A stretch of DNA of 64,000 nt from Chthonomonadales bacterium. GTDB taxonomy: Bacteria; Armatimonadota; Chthonomonadetes; Chthonomonadales; CAJBBX01. The notes beneath the pieces were generated by a model. That model made no database searches, was not told the DNA's origin, and saw nothing but the letters and a program-made list of their open reading frames with translations. Numbering within the stretch: the first letter of the stretch is position 1; every line of letters starts with the position of its first letter. The translations under genes were made by a program, and so were the position numbers. Shown one piece after another: positions 1 to 9,817 of this stretch. The stretch covers positions 96,001-160,000 of the forward strand of contig JBMFSQ010000002.1 of the NCBI GenBank assembly GCA_049967475.1, written 5' to 3'.

Positions 1-1164
1 TTCACCATCGGATTCATCGCCTACTCAGAAGGATGCAATGACGACGTGAACAAGGCCGTGTGGAGTGCTTTGGCGTGGGATCCCGATGCGGATGTAACGG
101 AAGTGCTCCGCCAATACAGCCGCTGCTTCATCGGGCCCCAGGCGGCAGACGGTTTCGCCCAAGGGATCCTTGCCTTGGAACGGAATTGGAAGGGCCCCCT
201 CATCGCCAATGCAGGCGTAGACACTACCCTGGCACAGTTTCAGCAGATGGAGCAAGAAGCGGGTCCTCAACTCAAGCTCAACTGGCGCTTCCAGCAAGCT
301 CTCTATCGGGCGTATTACGATGCCTATGTTCGCCGGCGGCTTCTGTACGAGACGCACCTGGAGCAAGCCGCCTATGATCGCCTCCGCGAAGCCTCGCGCA
401 TCGGATCCCTCCTTGCAATGCAGCAGGCGGAAGAGACCCTCCTGCGATCCCTCACACACCCCGTAGCCCAGGACCTGCGAAGCCGCATCTTTGAGCTCGC
501 CGAGGCGCTCTTCCAATCCATCCGCATGCAGTTGAGCGTTCCGCGGTACCATGCCATCGCAGAGGAGCGCGGGGCGAACCTGGATGCAGTAGATGCGCCC
601 CTCAATAACAGGGTATGGCTCCTGGAGCAATTCCACGCCATCCGCGAGATGAAGCGGGAAGAGGATCGCCAACAGGCCATCGCGAAGATCCTCAACTGGA
701 CCAACCCAGGGCCGGGCGGCTTCTACGACCAGCCGGGCGCCCCGGAGCGTTCCCCTCACTTGATGCGTCCCGGGAGTTTGAGCGAGGATCCAGGAAGCCA
801 TGCCTCGGCGCGCGTTGGGTTCGCCGATGCAGCGCCACGCATCGCCTGGACGAGCCACGCCGAGACCCTCTACGACACGCCCCTCGTCATGAAATATACG
901 GGCCTCGATCCCGATGCAACCTACCGCATCCGCGTGGTCTATGCCGGGGATAGCCCCGAGCAGAAGATCCGCCTCACGAGCTCCACAGGGGTCGAAATCC
1001 ATCCCTTTATGGCCAAACCTCGCCCCATCCGCCCCGTGGAGTTCGCAATCCCTGCCAAAGCCATCGAGAATGGGCAACTGACGTTGGAGTGGACCTGCGA
1101 ACCCGGCCGTGGGCGTAACGGACGGGGATGCCAAGTGTCTGAAGTGTGGCTCATTCGGGAGTAG
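1..1164 (+). CDS. Conserved hypothetical protein, 5'-truncated by the window edge (possibly carbohydrate-active)
   Basis: The frame is open from base 1 (FTIGFIAYSEGCNDDVNKAVW...) to the stop at 1164. It has a beta-rich C-terminal domain. No catalytic motif was recognised. Confidence 0.6.
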   Translation, partial: FTIGFIAYSEGCNDDVNKAVWSALAWDPDADVTEVLRQYSRCFIGPQAADGFAQGILALERNWKGPLIANAGVDTTLAQFQQMEQEAGPQLKLNWRFQQALYRAYYDAYVRRRLLYETHLEQAAYDRLREASRIGSLLAMQQAEETLLRSLTHPVAQDLRSRIFELAEALFQSIRMQLSVPRYHAIAEERGANLDAVDAPLNNRVWLLEQFHAIREMKREEDRQQAIAKILNWTNPGPGGFYDQPGAPERSPHLMRPGSLSEDPGSHASARVGFADAAPRIAWTSHAETLYDTPLVMKYTGLDPDATYRIRVVYAGDSPEQKIRLTSSTGVEIHPFMAKPRPIRPVEFAIPAKAIENGQLTLEWTCEPGRGRNGRGCQVSEVWLIRE

Positions 1165-1210
1165 CCCTCGGAATGCATACGGTTCCACAGCGAATTGGGG
1201 AGTGCATATC

Positions 1211-3661
1211 ATGAGATTGCGGTACGGTTCCCTCACGGCTACGCTGTTTGGTGTTCTCTTCCTGGCAGCGCCGCTCCTATGGGCCGGAGCAGACACCCCT
1301 CGGGCCGTGGCGGTCCTCGTGCAGCCCGGCTTCGTTCCGTATGGCGGCACGCCGTCTTTGCCGCCGCCTCGGATCGTGGAGGCGCTCGAGGAGGCATCCG
1401 TCCCCGTGGTCCCGCTCACAGCATCCGAAGCTGCTGATCCCGCCCGCCTCAATACCAAGCGTGTCGTGGCGCTCGTCCTGCCCTACGGCAACGCCTTCCC
1501 CGAGCCCGCCTATGCCAACATACGCGCCTTCCATGCCGCCGGCGGTTGCCTCATCCTCACAGGGATCCCATTTTGCCATCCCTGTGTGCCGGTTGACGGC
1601 GGTTGGAAAGATCTTGGGCACGACGGCTCGCGCTTCGGCCACGACGCCCTGGGCATCGGCACATGCGGCTTTGCAGGACCGGAAGAAGGCGTAGACCGCT
1701 TGACCGTGGATCCGCGCAATCCTCTGGGTCTTGAGGAGAGCGCTCTGCCGCGCAATCGTGCATCGCTGCAATGGATGGCCACTTCCGATTTGCCCCCGGC
1801 CGATCATGTGATGCCCCTTATCCTGGTGAAGGGCCCGCGCAAGAACGCCCATGTAGCGGCCGGCATCATAGAACACGGGTGCCCGCAGTTCCACGGCGCC
1901 CTCGACGTATGGATCGGCCAGACAGCATCGAACATGGATGCGCGTGACGCCTACGCGGCGCGCCAAATCATCACCCGCGCCGCTCTGTGGATCCTCGCCC
2001 GCCGGGGCGTCCTGCCGCACGCGGTGTTCTCACGCCAGATGGCCCGCCTTCGCAAACTAAGGCGGCCCGGCGGCCTGCCGGAGGGGCTTGCCTTCCACCC
2101 CACACCAAGGCCGTGGGGCGACACCTTTCTGCCCAAATCATCTCCCCCCGCCAAAGTCCTCCTTGCCGTAGATGTGCGCCATCTGCCTGACGATGTGCGC
2201 ATCGCCCTAACATGCCTCCAGGGTCTCACCAGCCGGAGGCAACCCCAGATCTGGCTCATCCGCAGCGACGAAGACCAGTGGTGGCTGGACTGGGCCCGGC
2301 AGAAAGGTTACATTTCCGGATATACGCCCGTGAGCGACTGGAAAACACTCTTCCGCCAATTCGCCTGGGCGTTCCGCGGTGCCGTGATCCCGGATGATCG
2401 CCTGTATCGCAGCAACCTGCTCGCGGTGGACGTGGCTGCCTGCGAGGATTTGATTATTGCATCTCCCCGCGTCGCGCAGGAACTCAACCTGCCGATCCGC
2501 CGGGACCTCCGCGGGCGCTTCCGTACGTATGCCGAAGGGTTGGAATGGGTCTGGCGCACCTACCGGAACCGCCTCAACCGGTATCTCTGCAATTACATGC
2601 ATCCTGCCCGGTTGAGCAATTGCGTCTTTGCCTATGATCTGCAGTGGCGCGGCATCGTCTTCTGGCCGGCAGGACCCGTAGATGCGCAGGAGCCTGGAGC
2701 TGATCCGGTGGCAGAGCGAGATCTCGTGGCCCGAATTATGGCCTGGATGGCTCCCAACGTGGCCGTTCTGGGCTTTCCCTACGCAGGCGAGGGAGTGGGA
2801 TTGGGCGAAGGCGAAGGCGTGTCCCTTGCGAGCCGGTACGCCAAGGGCCTTGTTTGCTCGGATTTCCTGGGCAACACATCGGTAACCAGCGGCTTCCGCA
2901 TCCGGCGTCTCCGCCAGCCGGCACAGCCGCCCCCTCCACCCCTAGAAAAAAACAAAGTCTACATCGCCTTGGTCCTCTCAGACGGCGACAACGAAAACAC
3001 GTGGTTGGGCTTCTTCAAGGCGTACTTCCAGCACCCGGCCTTCGGCACTTTTCCATTGGCTTTCGGCATGGGCCCGCCCATCCGCGAGATCCTGCCGCAC
3101 GTAGCCCAGTGGTACTTTGAACACGCGAAGCCTACTACGGAGTTCATCGCCGACGTGTCTGGAGCGGCCTATATTCAGCCGGATGCGTACGCAAAGGCCT
3201 ACCGTGAACCCAGCGCCGTATGGAAGGGCTTCTTCGATTGGACCTCGCGCCTCATGCAGGATATGGACATGCGGAGCGTGCGCACAGTGGGAGGCGGCGA
3301 CGCCCTTCTGCAGATGTATTCGCGGGCCCTGCCCTTCTGCCACTCGCTTTTCGCCGACATGGGCCGCTACTCCGGCCGCAGCTCCATCGAGAACCTCACC
3401 TATGCTTTGCCGGATGGGATGCCCGTATTCCGAGCCGTGACGAGCTGGAGGTACGGCAAGGGAGGCTTCTTGAGGGAAGTGCGGGAACAAGTGGGCGCCA
3501 AACGCCCCGCCTTCGTCAACGGCTTCGTTCATTGCTGGACGTTCAATATGGATGACCTCGCCGCCATCTACCGGCAGCGGGACCCCGACATGGTGTTCGT
3601 TACACCAACGCAGCTCGCACGCCTCTATCGGGAGGCTCGACTTCGGGGCTGGGTACGATAG
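1211..3661 (+). CDS. Secreted GxGYxYP-family putative glycoside hydrolase
   Basis: Signal peptide from the ATG at 1211 (MRLRYGS...LWA). The C-terminal region has LQGL..R, VLGFP and LSDGDN motifs typical of GxGYxYP-domain proteins. Confidence 0.65.
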   Translation: MRLRYGSLTATLFGVLFLAAPLLWAGADTPRAVAVLVQPGFVPYGGTPSLPPPRIVEALEEASVPVVPLTASEAADPARLNTKRVVALVLPYGNAFPEPAYANIRAFHAAGGCLILTGIPFCHPCVPVDGGWKDLGHDGSRFGHDALGIGTCGFAGPEEGVDRLTVDPRNPLGLEESALPRNRASLQWMATSDLPPADHVMPLILVKGPRKNAHVAAGIIEHGCPQFHGALDVWIGQTASNMDARDAYAARQIITRAALWILARRGVLPHAVFSRQMARLRKLRRPGGLPEGLAFHPTPRPWGDTFLPKSSPPAKVLLAVDVRHLPDDVRIALTCLQGLTSRRQPQIWLIRSDEDQWWLDWARQKGYISGYTPVSDWKTLFRQFAWAFRGAVIPDDRLYRSNLLAVDVAACEDLIIASPRVAQELNLPIRRDLRGRFRTYAEGLEWVWRTYRNRLNRYLCNYMHPARLSNCVFAYDLQWRGIVFWPAGPVDAQEPGADPVAERDLVARIMAWMAPNVAVLGFPYAGEGVGLGEGEGVSLASRYAKGLVCSDFLGNTSVTSGFRIRRLRQPAQPPPPPLEKNKVYIALVLSDGDNENTWLGFFKAYFQHPAFGTFPLAFGMGPPIREILPHVAQWYFEHAKPTTEFIADVSGAAYIQPDAYAKAYREPSAVWKGFFDWTSRLMQDMDMRSVRTVGGGDALLQMYSRALPFCHSLFADMGRYSGRSSIENLTYALPDGMPVFRAVTSWRYGKGGFLREVREQVGAKRPAFVNGFVHCWTFNMDDLAAIYRQRDPDMVFVTPTQLARLYREARLRGWVR

Positions 3662-3681
3662 CCCCTTTCGGCACGGGTACT

Positions 3682-4551
3682 ATGACGGACGGTTACCAGA
3701 GACCAGGCGCGCTCATGAACCGCACAGAAGATCCGCCGGATGGCTACCGTCGGTTCGCCGGCTATCCCACACGGGCCACACCCGGCCTGCTGAGCCTCGC
3801 GCTGGCCGTGCTACTGTTCGCCTGCGGCAGTCCAGGGATGCCTGCCCCTGCAAGAACATCCCTCACAGTTGCAGCGGCCGCGGATTTGGCCCGCGCTCTT
3901 CCCAGGATTGGCGCAGCCTTCCAAAAGCGCACCGGCATCGGCATCACGGTTGTGTTGGGATCCACTGGACTTTTGGAGCGGCAAATCGAAAACGGTGCGC
4001 CCTTCGACGTCTTCATGGCCGCCGACGACGCGCACGTGTCTGATGCGGCACGGTCGGGCAGGGTTCTTCCGGGATCAGAGCGAACCTACGCCCTGGGGAT
4101 CTTGGCCATCTGGACCCGCCCGGGCGGAGCCCCGATGCACTCCATTAAGGATCTTGCCCGGCCATCCGTCAGCCGTATCGCCATTGCCAACCCTCTGCAT
4201 GCCCCCTACGGCAAGGCGGCTGTCCAAGCCCTGCGCCGCGCCGGGCTCTGGGGAGTTACGGCACCCAAACTCGTCTATGGTGAGAATGTGCAGCAGGCCC
4301 TGCGGTACGCCCAAAGCGGCGCTGCCGATGCTGCCTTAATCGCCTACCCCCTCGTAATCGGGGGCCCAGGCAGCGCGGTGCCCATCCCCATGAACCTCTA
4401 TAGGCCGCCGCGCCAAACCCTCTGCGTGCTCAAGGCATCGCGGCATGGGCCAGAGGCGATGCGGTTTGCGGCCTTTGTATGCGGGCCCGAAGGGCGTGCG
4501 ATCTTGAAGCGCTTCGGGTACGTCCTCCCGCAATCTTTGGGCAAGGAATGA
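3682..4551 (+). CDS. modA: Molybdate ABC transporter substrate-binding lipoprotein
   Basis: AAAADL, GSTG.L..QIENGAPFDVF and IANP.HAPYG.AA motifs; lipobox LFAC. Start uncertain. Confidence 0.9.
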   Translation: MTDGYQRPGALMNRTEDPPDGYRRFAGYPTRATPGLLSLALAVLLFACGSPGMPAPARTSLTVAAAADLARALPRIGAAFQKRTGIGITVVLGSTGLLERQIENGAPFDVFMAADDAHVSDAARSGRVLPGSERTYALGILAIWTRPGGAPMHSIKDLARPSVSRIAIANPLHAPYGKAAVQALRRAGLWGVTAPKLVYGENVQQALRYAQSGAADAALIAYPLVIGGPGSAVPIPMNLYRPPRQTLCVLKASRHGPEAMRFAAFVCGPEGRAILKRFGYVLPQSLGKE

Positions 4552-5219
4552 CCGGCGAACACTTCCTCGTAGATCAGATTGCCCTGTCGCTGGAAGTGTC
4601 TCTCGCCGCCACCCTGATTTCGGTGCTTGCAGGGACGCCGGTGGCGCTCATCCTGGCCCGCAAGCAGTTTCCCGGCCGATCCCTGATGGAGGGGCTTGCG
4701 ATCCTCCCACTCACCCTGCCGCCTACCGTGCTGGGATACTACCTTCTGGTGGCCATGGGCGATGCATCTCCCTTCGGCAGGATCTGGAGAAGCCTCACAG
4801 GAAGCCCCTTGGTCTTCACCTTCTGGGGGATAGTAATCGCCGCTGCGGTAACCTCATCTCCCCTGTACATCATGAATGCCATGGTGGCTTTTGCATCCGT
4901 GGACCGTGAGCTGGAAGACGCCGCCCGCGTCGTGGGCGCAAGCGAATGGACGGTATTTCGGCGGGTAACCGTACCTGCCGCCGCACGAGGGATGATCGCG
5001 GGGACCGTTCTCTCATACGCCCGGGCCTTGGGCGACTTCGGCGCGACGCTCATGGTGGGAGGGTCCATTCCGGGACGCACGCGGACTTTGCCTCTGGCCG
5101 TATACGACGCCTGGCAGCAAGGTCAGGACCGCATCGCCCTAGGGCTGAGCCTCCTGCTGTCGGCCATCGCCCTTACGGTAGCCGTCGCGGCGGCATATCT
5201 CGCCCACCAGCGGCGGTGA
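4548..5219 (+). CDS. modB: Molybdate ABC transporter permease
   Basis: LPLTLPPTVLGYYLL, EAA-type loop (LEDAARVVGAS) and ARALGDFGAT. The ATG overlaps the modA stop. Confidence 0.9.
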   Translation: MTGEHFLVDQIALSLEVSLAATLISVLAGTPVALILARKQFPGRSLMEGLAILPLTLPPTVLGYYLLVAMGDASPFGRIWRSLTGSPLVFTFWGIVIAAAVTSSPLYIMNAMVAFASVDRELEDAARVVGASEWTVFRRVTVPAAARGMIAGTVLSYARALGDFGATLMVGGSIPGRTRTLPLAVYDAWQQGQDRIALGLSLLLSAIALTVAVAAAYLAHQRR

Positions 5220-5246
5220 CTGCCCATCGGTGCGGTCTATAGCCGG

Positions 5247-6212
5247 TTATTTGGGCTTGTCACGGTGCTGAACGGCGCGTTCTACCAATTCTTTCGCGGT
5301 GATCGTCTTGGTCGGCCGGCTCAAATCCGACGGACGCGTGGCGCGGGAGAGATCCATCGGCTTTGAGAGCACCCACCGCGTGCGGCTGCGGCCCTCCCGC
5401 TGATCCTTGTAGGCCCCCGGATCCGGATTGAAGCGCATCGCTCCCGCCGGTGCAATCCAGCGGAACACATCCTCGCGGATCTTCTCGTCGGCGATTACGT
5501 GGTTCTCATATTCGAAGTGCACCGGCCCGGCCCGTCGAGCGCTCGTCTCTCCAGGAAGAGGCTGGCCATCGGACCATGTGGTCGGCGCCTTCTCAGACCC
5601 GGGCTGTGCCCCCGCACCCGTCGCGTCGAGCGTGAACCTCCGCACCAAGTGGTCCTTCTGCCCGGCAAAAATGTGCACCACCTCTGTTCCTTCGGCACTC
5701 ACAAGGTCGAGGAACACATCGTCACAAGGAACTCCATCAATCACCTGAGGCGTGCCCAAATTCGCTGAGCGCACTTGCCGCTCCATGCCCGCGAAGGGGT
5801 CTATTCCGGTTATGGCAACCATCTCCAGGCTCGTTGCAAGGTACCGAAAGCCTGCCATGTTGCGCGGCGCCTTTTCCTGCGTATATTGGTTCTTGGACTG
5901 GTCGTAGGCAAAGAGCGTTCGACCGTCGCAGAGGTACCTTCGAAGAACCGGCCGCAGGTTCCCTTCCACGTTTTGGCGCACTTCCAGAAGAAGGTGGTTG
6001 GGCTTCTGCAATACCAGGCGCGAAGAGAGAAGGGAAAGGGCTGTGCCCGAGGCAGCATACACCGTGTCCTGCTGGAGTGTCCTGATGTCGCGGTAGGCTC
6101 GGACGATTGCGTCCAATGCGGCTCGGGCGCTGGGCTCTACCTGAGCACGCACCGCGCCGGGAAGCATGAGCACCATCACAGCGCATGTTAGAATGCAGCA
6201 ATCCCTTCGCAT
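5247..6212 (-). CDS. Exported LolA/DUF2092-like lipoprotein-carrier fold protein
   Basis: Signal peptide ending AVRA; LQKPNHL...CDGRTL..YD...NQYT pattern and F.W.AP.GA ending typical of LolA-like proteins. Confidence 0.55.
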   Translation of the reverse strand: MRRDCCILTCAVMVLMLPGAVRAQVEPSARAALDAIVRAYRDIRTLQQDTVYAASGTALSLLSSRLVLQKPNHLLLEVRQNVEGNLRPVLRRYLCDGRTLFAYDQSKNQYTQEKAPRNMAGFRYLATSLEMVAITGIDPFAGMERQVRSANLGTPQVIDGVPCDDVFLDLVSAEGTEVVHIFAGQKDHLVRRFTLDATGAGAQPGSEKAPTTWSDGQPLPGETSARRAGPVHFEYENHVIADEKIREDVFRWIAPAGAMRFNPDPGAYKDQREGRSRTRWVLSKPMDLSRATRPSDLSRPTKTITAKELVERAVQHRDKPK

Positions 6213-6286
6213 GGCCGTACCCTGCACGCGAGCGAGTTTCTGCACTACTCATTCCGCCCGACGGGACCCGATTCCTGCACGATGGT

Positions 6287-7171
6287 TCAGGGGTTACCGC
6301 CCCCCAAGCGAGGCGAAAGATCCGGCGTAACGGGCGCGATCCGATCCGGCGATCCATTCACTAGCTTCACCGTATGAATGGACCTGCCCCCGGCCCGATC
6401 CGCGAACGGCACCAGGATGGTCACTCGCCGGTTGGCGAAATTGAACGGGTCCGAAGGAATGCGCGGCATGCGGTCGGCGTACCCGCGCACTTCGCCGATG
6501 CCCCCTGGGCCAAGCTCGCCCGCCATGGCCCGCCGAGCGGCATTGGCCCGGTCTGTAGAAAGCTCCCAGTTCCCGTACTGCTGGTTCCCTGGATAAGGCC
6601 TCCGATCCGTATGGCCTTCGATGATCACCGGCTGGTTGAGCTTCTTCAATTCAGCAGCCACTACGCGGAGGATCTTGACCGTCCGCGGCTTGAGGTGGGC
6701 GCTCCCCGTGTCGAAAAACGTGCTAGACGGCCCATCAAGAAGCTCCACGCGCAGTCCTTCCGCCGCAACCTTGATCTCGATGTACTTCAGCAACTCTTTG
6801 AGTTCGGGGAGTTTGCGCAGCTTTTGTTCCAGCTTCTTCTTCGCCTGGGTGAACCGCGCCTGCTGCATTCGGCGCACCAGGTTCACCATAGACACCGGCG
6901 CCGGCCGCTGGGGTGCGCTCTCGTTGTGCGTGGTGCTGGGAAGGCTCTTGCCGCCTCCCAGCATCCGAGACACCCCCATCGGATCGTTGAAGTAGGCTGC
7001 GATGGCTTTACGTGTATCCTGATTAAGACCCAGGATCCACATTACCAGGAAGAAGGCCATAAGAGCCGTAACGAAATCGGCGTAGGCCACCTTCCACGCC
7101 CCGCCATGGTGCCCGCCGTGATCGCCCTTCTTCACCACGCGTACAATCTGACGGTCGTCGTCCGAGCGCAT
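6287..7171 (-). CDS. motB: Flagellar stator protein MotB
   Basis: HGGAWKVAYADFVTALMAFF transmembrane helix with the essential Asp; OmpA-like domain (IEGHTD, NWELSTDRA, NRRV). Confidence 0.95.
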   Translation of the reverse strand: MRSDDDRQIVRVVKKGDHGGHHGGAWKVAYADFVTALMAFFLVMWILGLNQDTRKAIAAYFNDPMGVSRMLGGGKSLPSTTHNESAPQRPAPVSMVNLVRRMQQARFTQAKKKLEQKLRKLPELKELLKYIEIKVAAEGLRVELLDGPSSTFFDTGSAHLKPRTVKILRVVAAELKKLNQPVIIEGHTDRRPYPGNQQYGNWELSTDRANAARRAMAGELGPGGIGEVRGYADRMPRIPSDPFNFANRRVTILVPFADRAGGRSIHTVKLVNGSPDRIAPVTPDLSPRLGGGNP

Positions 7172-7183
7172 GGCCGTCCTCTC

Positions 7184-8053
7184 TCAGCGGGCTCCGGACT
7201 TGACGGAGGTCTCCAAATCCGAGAAGGAGATGCGGGCAGTGGGTTCGATGTTACGCCGCGCGAATTCCACTGCCGTAAGGGGAGCATCCCCCCGAGCGAA
7301 GGCGAGCAGGGCCGAGCGGATGCAAGCCATGTACTGCTGCTCCGAATTCACCAGTCCCTCGGCTGCCTGGGCCAAAGGCTGGAACACGCCGTAGGAGAGC
7401 AGCACGCCCAAGAACGTTCCTACCAGAGCGGCTGCTACGTGGTGGCCGATCTCTTCGGGCTTACCGCCTATGGCTCCCATGGTAACGACGACGCCCAATA
7501 CCGCGGCTACGATGCCGAAGCCCGGCATGGCATCCCCCGTACGCGCCAGAGTGTTGGGGATCTTCATGGCAGCCTTGTGGTGCGTCTCGAGGTCTACGTC
7601 CATCATTTCGGAGAGATCGTAGGGTTGCACTGTGCCGGTAATGATTACCTTGAGGGTGTCCGAAAGGAAATCCACCGCGTGGTGGTTGGACATGAAAATG
7701 GGAAACCGCTTGAACAGATCGCTATCGTGCGGATGTTCGGCATGGTGTTCAAGGGCCACAACGCCTTCGCGGCGGGCGAGCATGAAAAGATCGTAGAGGA
7801 GCTTTAGGAGCTCGTCATACGCCGCGCGATTGTATGGATTGCCCTTAACGAGCGTAAGGATGGTTTGAACCAGGTCCTTGAGTACGGAGGGCGGGTTCCC
7901 GATGATGATGGAACCCAAAGCCGCTCCGCCGATGACGATGAACTCGGAGATCTGAACCAGAACAGCGATCTTGCCGCCGGCCATGGTGAAGCCGACCACG
8001 ATGCTGCCCAGCACGATGAGTGTGCCGACGATAACGAACATTGAGGGCACCAC
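7184..8053 (-). CDS. motA: Flagellar stator protein MotA
   Basis: DAMPGFGIVAAVLGVV, ALVGTFLGVLLSYG and AVEFARR motifs; adjacent to motB. Confidence 0.95.
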   Translation of the reverse strand: MVPSMFVIVGTLIVLGSIVVGFTMAGGKIAVLVQISEFIVIGGAALGSIIIGNPPSVLKDLVQTILTLVKGNPYNRAAYDELLKLLYDLFMLARREGVVALEHHAEHPHDSDLFKRFPIFMSNHHAVDFLSDTLKVIITGTVQPYDLSEMMDVDLETHHKAAMKIPNTLARTGDAMPGFGIVAAVLGVVVTMGAIGGKPEEIGHHVAAALVGTFLGVLLSYGVFQPLAQAAEGLVNSEQQYMACIRSALLAFARGDAPLTAVEFARRNIEPTARISFSDLETSVKSGAR

Positions 8054-8128
8054 GCCGGGGCTCCGCCCCGCCGGATCCTTTCCCTAGGTGCACGCGCCTA
8101 TCCCGGCGCGTTACGTGGTTACTCTCAA

Positions 8129-8157
8129 TACTCGGCAGATCAGGGCATCTTCCTAAG
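8129..8157 (-). promoter_or_regulatory. Possible sigma28 (FliA)-type promoter for motAB
   Basis: The minus strand reads CTTA-N17-GCCGAGTA, resembling the GCCGATAA -10 box. The same architecture occurs at 43741-43769. Confidence 0.35.
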
Positions 8158-8244
8158 GGAGAGTGACCCTGCCCCAGGCAGGAATTCACAGCCCCGCCGT
8201 TGAAGCGTCCCTGCGCCATAACCATTTCGTTCCAGGAGGATTGC

Positions 8245-8565
8245 ATGCCTAGGGTCACCGTTGAGGGCGAGGGCACCTTTGAAGTGGAAGCCGGCAAGAA
8301 GCTCGTGCTGGCCATCGAGGACGCCGGGATAGATATCCTCCACCGTTGCGGAGGCCAGGCACTTTGCACTACATGCCGGGTGAAGATCCTCGAGGGGAAC
8401 GTCCCGCCCATCAGCGAGGCCGAGATCGAAGCGCTGGAAGATCCGGAGCTTATTGCCGAGTATCGTTTATCTTGCCAGATACGCGTCCAGAATGACCTTA
8501 CGGTGCGCGTGGCGAACCGGTCACACCTGAGGGGTGTCCCCCCAGGTCCTCGCCCAGAGGATTGA
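8245..8565 (+). CDS. 2Fe-2S ferredoxin
   Basis: CGGQALCTTC...RLSCQ cysteine pattern; AGGAGG RBS before the ATG at 8245. Confidence 0.9.
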   Translation: MPRVTVEGEGTFEVEAGKKLVLAIEDAGIDILHRCGGQALCTTCRVKILEGNVPPISEAEIEALEDPELIAEYRLSCQIRVQNDLTVRVANRSHLRGVPPGPRPED

Positions 8566-8612
8566 TCCTCGCAGGAGGTACCGCCGTCATCCGTTGCGCC
8601 GGGAGGTCACTT

Positions 8613-9593
8613 ATGTTGATGGACGTGGTAATCCCCATATCGTACGCCCAAGCTGTGCTTCTGGGGCTGCTGCAAGGCCTTACCGAATTCCTCCCCGTAA
8701 GCAGCACGGCCCATATGGCTATAGCCCCGCAGATCCTTTTCGGCATGCGGGATCCTGGAGCCGCTTTTTCAGCCGTCGTCCAATTGGGTCCCATCGCCGC
8801 CATCATTTGGTATTTCCGAGATGAGGTCGTACGCTATATACGGGGCATCCTGCGGACGGGCTGGGTGTCTCGTGTGCCGGCTGAAGATTTGGATGCGCGC
8901 CTGGGGTGGTACACGCTCCTCGGCACGATCCCTCTCATCATCTTTGGTGTTCTCCTCGAAAAGAAGATAGACACCGTGTTCCGCAGCCTCAACATCATCG
9001 GAACGAGCCTCATCGTGCTGGGTCTCGTCCTCTGGGCTGCAGAGATCCTGGGCAGCCGGAGGCGGCACCTCTCGCAGATGACCTTGCGCCAAAGCCAGGC
9101 CATCGGATGGGCTCAGGTTCTGGCCCTGGTGCCCGGCACCTCCCGTTCGGGGGTTACCATCACCGCCGGCCTCTTCCTGGGTCTGGATCGTGAGAGTGCC
9201 GCGCGTTTCAGCTTTCTTCTTTCCATCCCGGCGATCACTGCCGCCGGACTGTACAAGCTGATCAAGGTGCTTAAGAGCACCCACCTGGGTCCCCAGGCCG
9301 GCCCGTACCTCCTGGGAGCTGCGGTAGCCGGCATCTTTGCTTACGTGGTGATCCGGTGGTTCCTGGGCTATATGAAGGAACACAACACCGCTCTCTTCAT
9401 CGGATACCGCATCGCGCTCGGCATCCTGGTGCTCGCGCTGCTCCATGCCGGCATGGTGAAGGACCGGCCGCCGCGTGAGGCAGCGCTATTCGCACCTGCG
9501 CGCAAAGGCATCGTGTCCCTTCCCGGTGCGCCCGCTGAGTTCGGTCGAAACAATAATCAGCTCGCCGCTCCGCACCTTGCGCCTCAGTCCTAA
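8613..9593 (+). CDS. uppP: Undecaprenyl-diphosphate phosphatase (BacA)
   Basis: QGLTEFLPVSSTAH and PGTSRSGVT signature motifs. Confidence 0.95.
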   Translation: MLMDVVIPISYAQAVLLGLLQGLTEFLPVSSTAHMAIAPQILFGMRDPGAAFSAVVQLGPIAAIIWYFRDEVVRYIRGILRTGWVSRVPAEDLDARLGWYTLLGTIPLIIFGVLLEKKIDTVFRSLNIIGTSLIVLGLVLWAAEILGSRRRHLSQMTLRQSQAIGWAQVLALVPGTSRSGVTITAGLFLGLDRESAARFSFLLSIPAITAAGLYKLIKVLKSTHLGPQAGPYLLGAAVAGIFAYVVIRWFLGYMKEHNTALFIGYRIALGILVLALLHAGMVKDRPPREAALFAPARKGIVSLPGAPAEFGRNNNQLAAPHLAPQS

Positions 9594-9817
9594 TTGGGGT
9601 AAAGGCACCGGCTCCAAGGTCCGACGCCTTGTCCACAGGTTTGGAGTGTTTGCGGCTGCCGGGCGCCGCGCATTGAGGGCCCCCACAGCATCGGGTCTGT
9701 GGTCGAGGCGATTTTCCCGTCGCTATGCTTTTGCGGCGCGGGATCACTGAGGTTCCCGCGCGGCGCCCATGATGGCCGCTCGGCAACACCCGCCGGAAAC
9801 GGCTGGAACGGTCCAGC

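Noticed and set aside
6287..8053. motAB as a Zorya (ZorAB) anti-phage system
   Set aside because: MotA has normal length without the long ZorA tail, the motifs are flagellar-type, and no zorC/D/E genes are adjacent.
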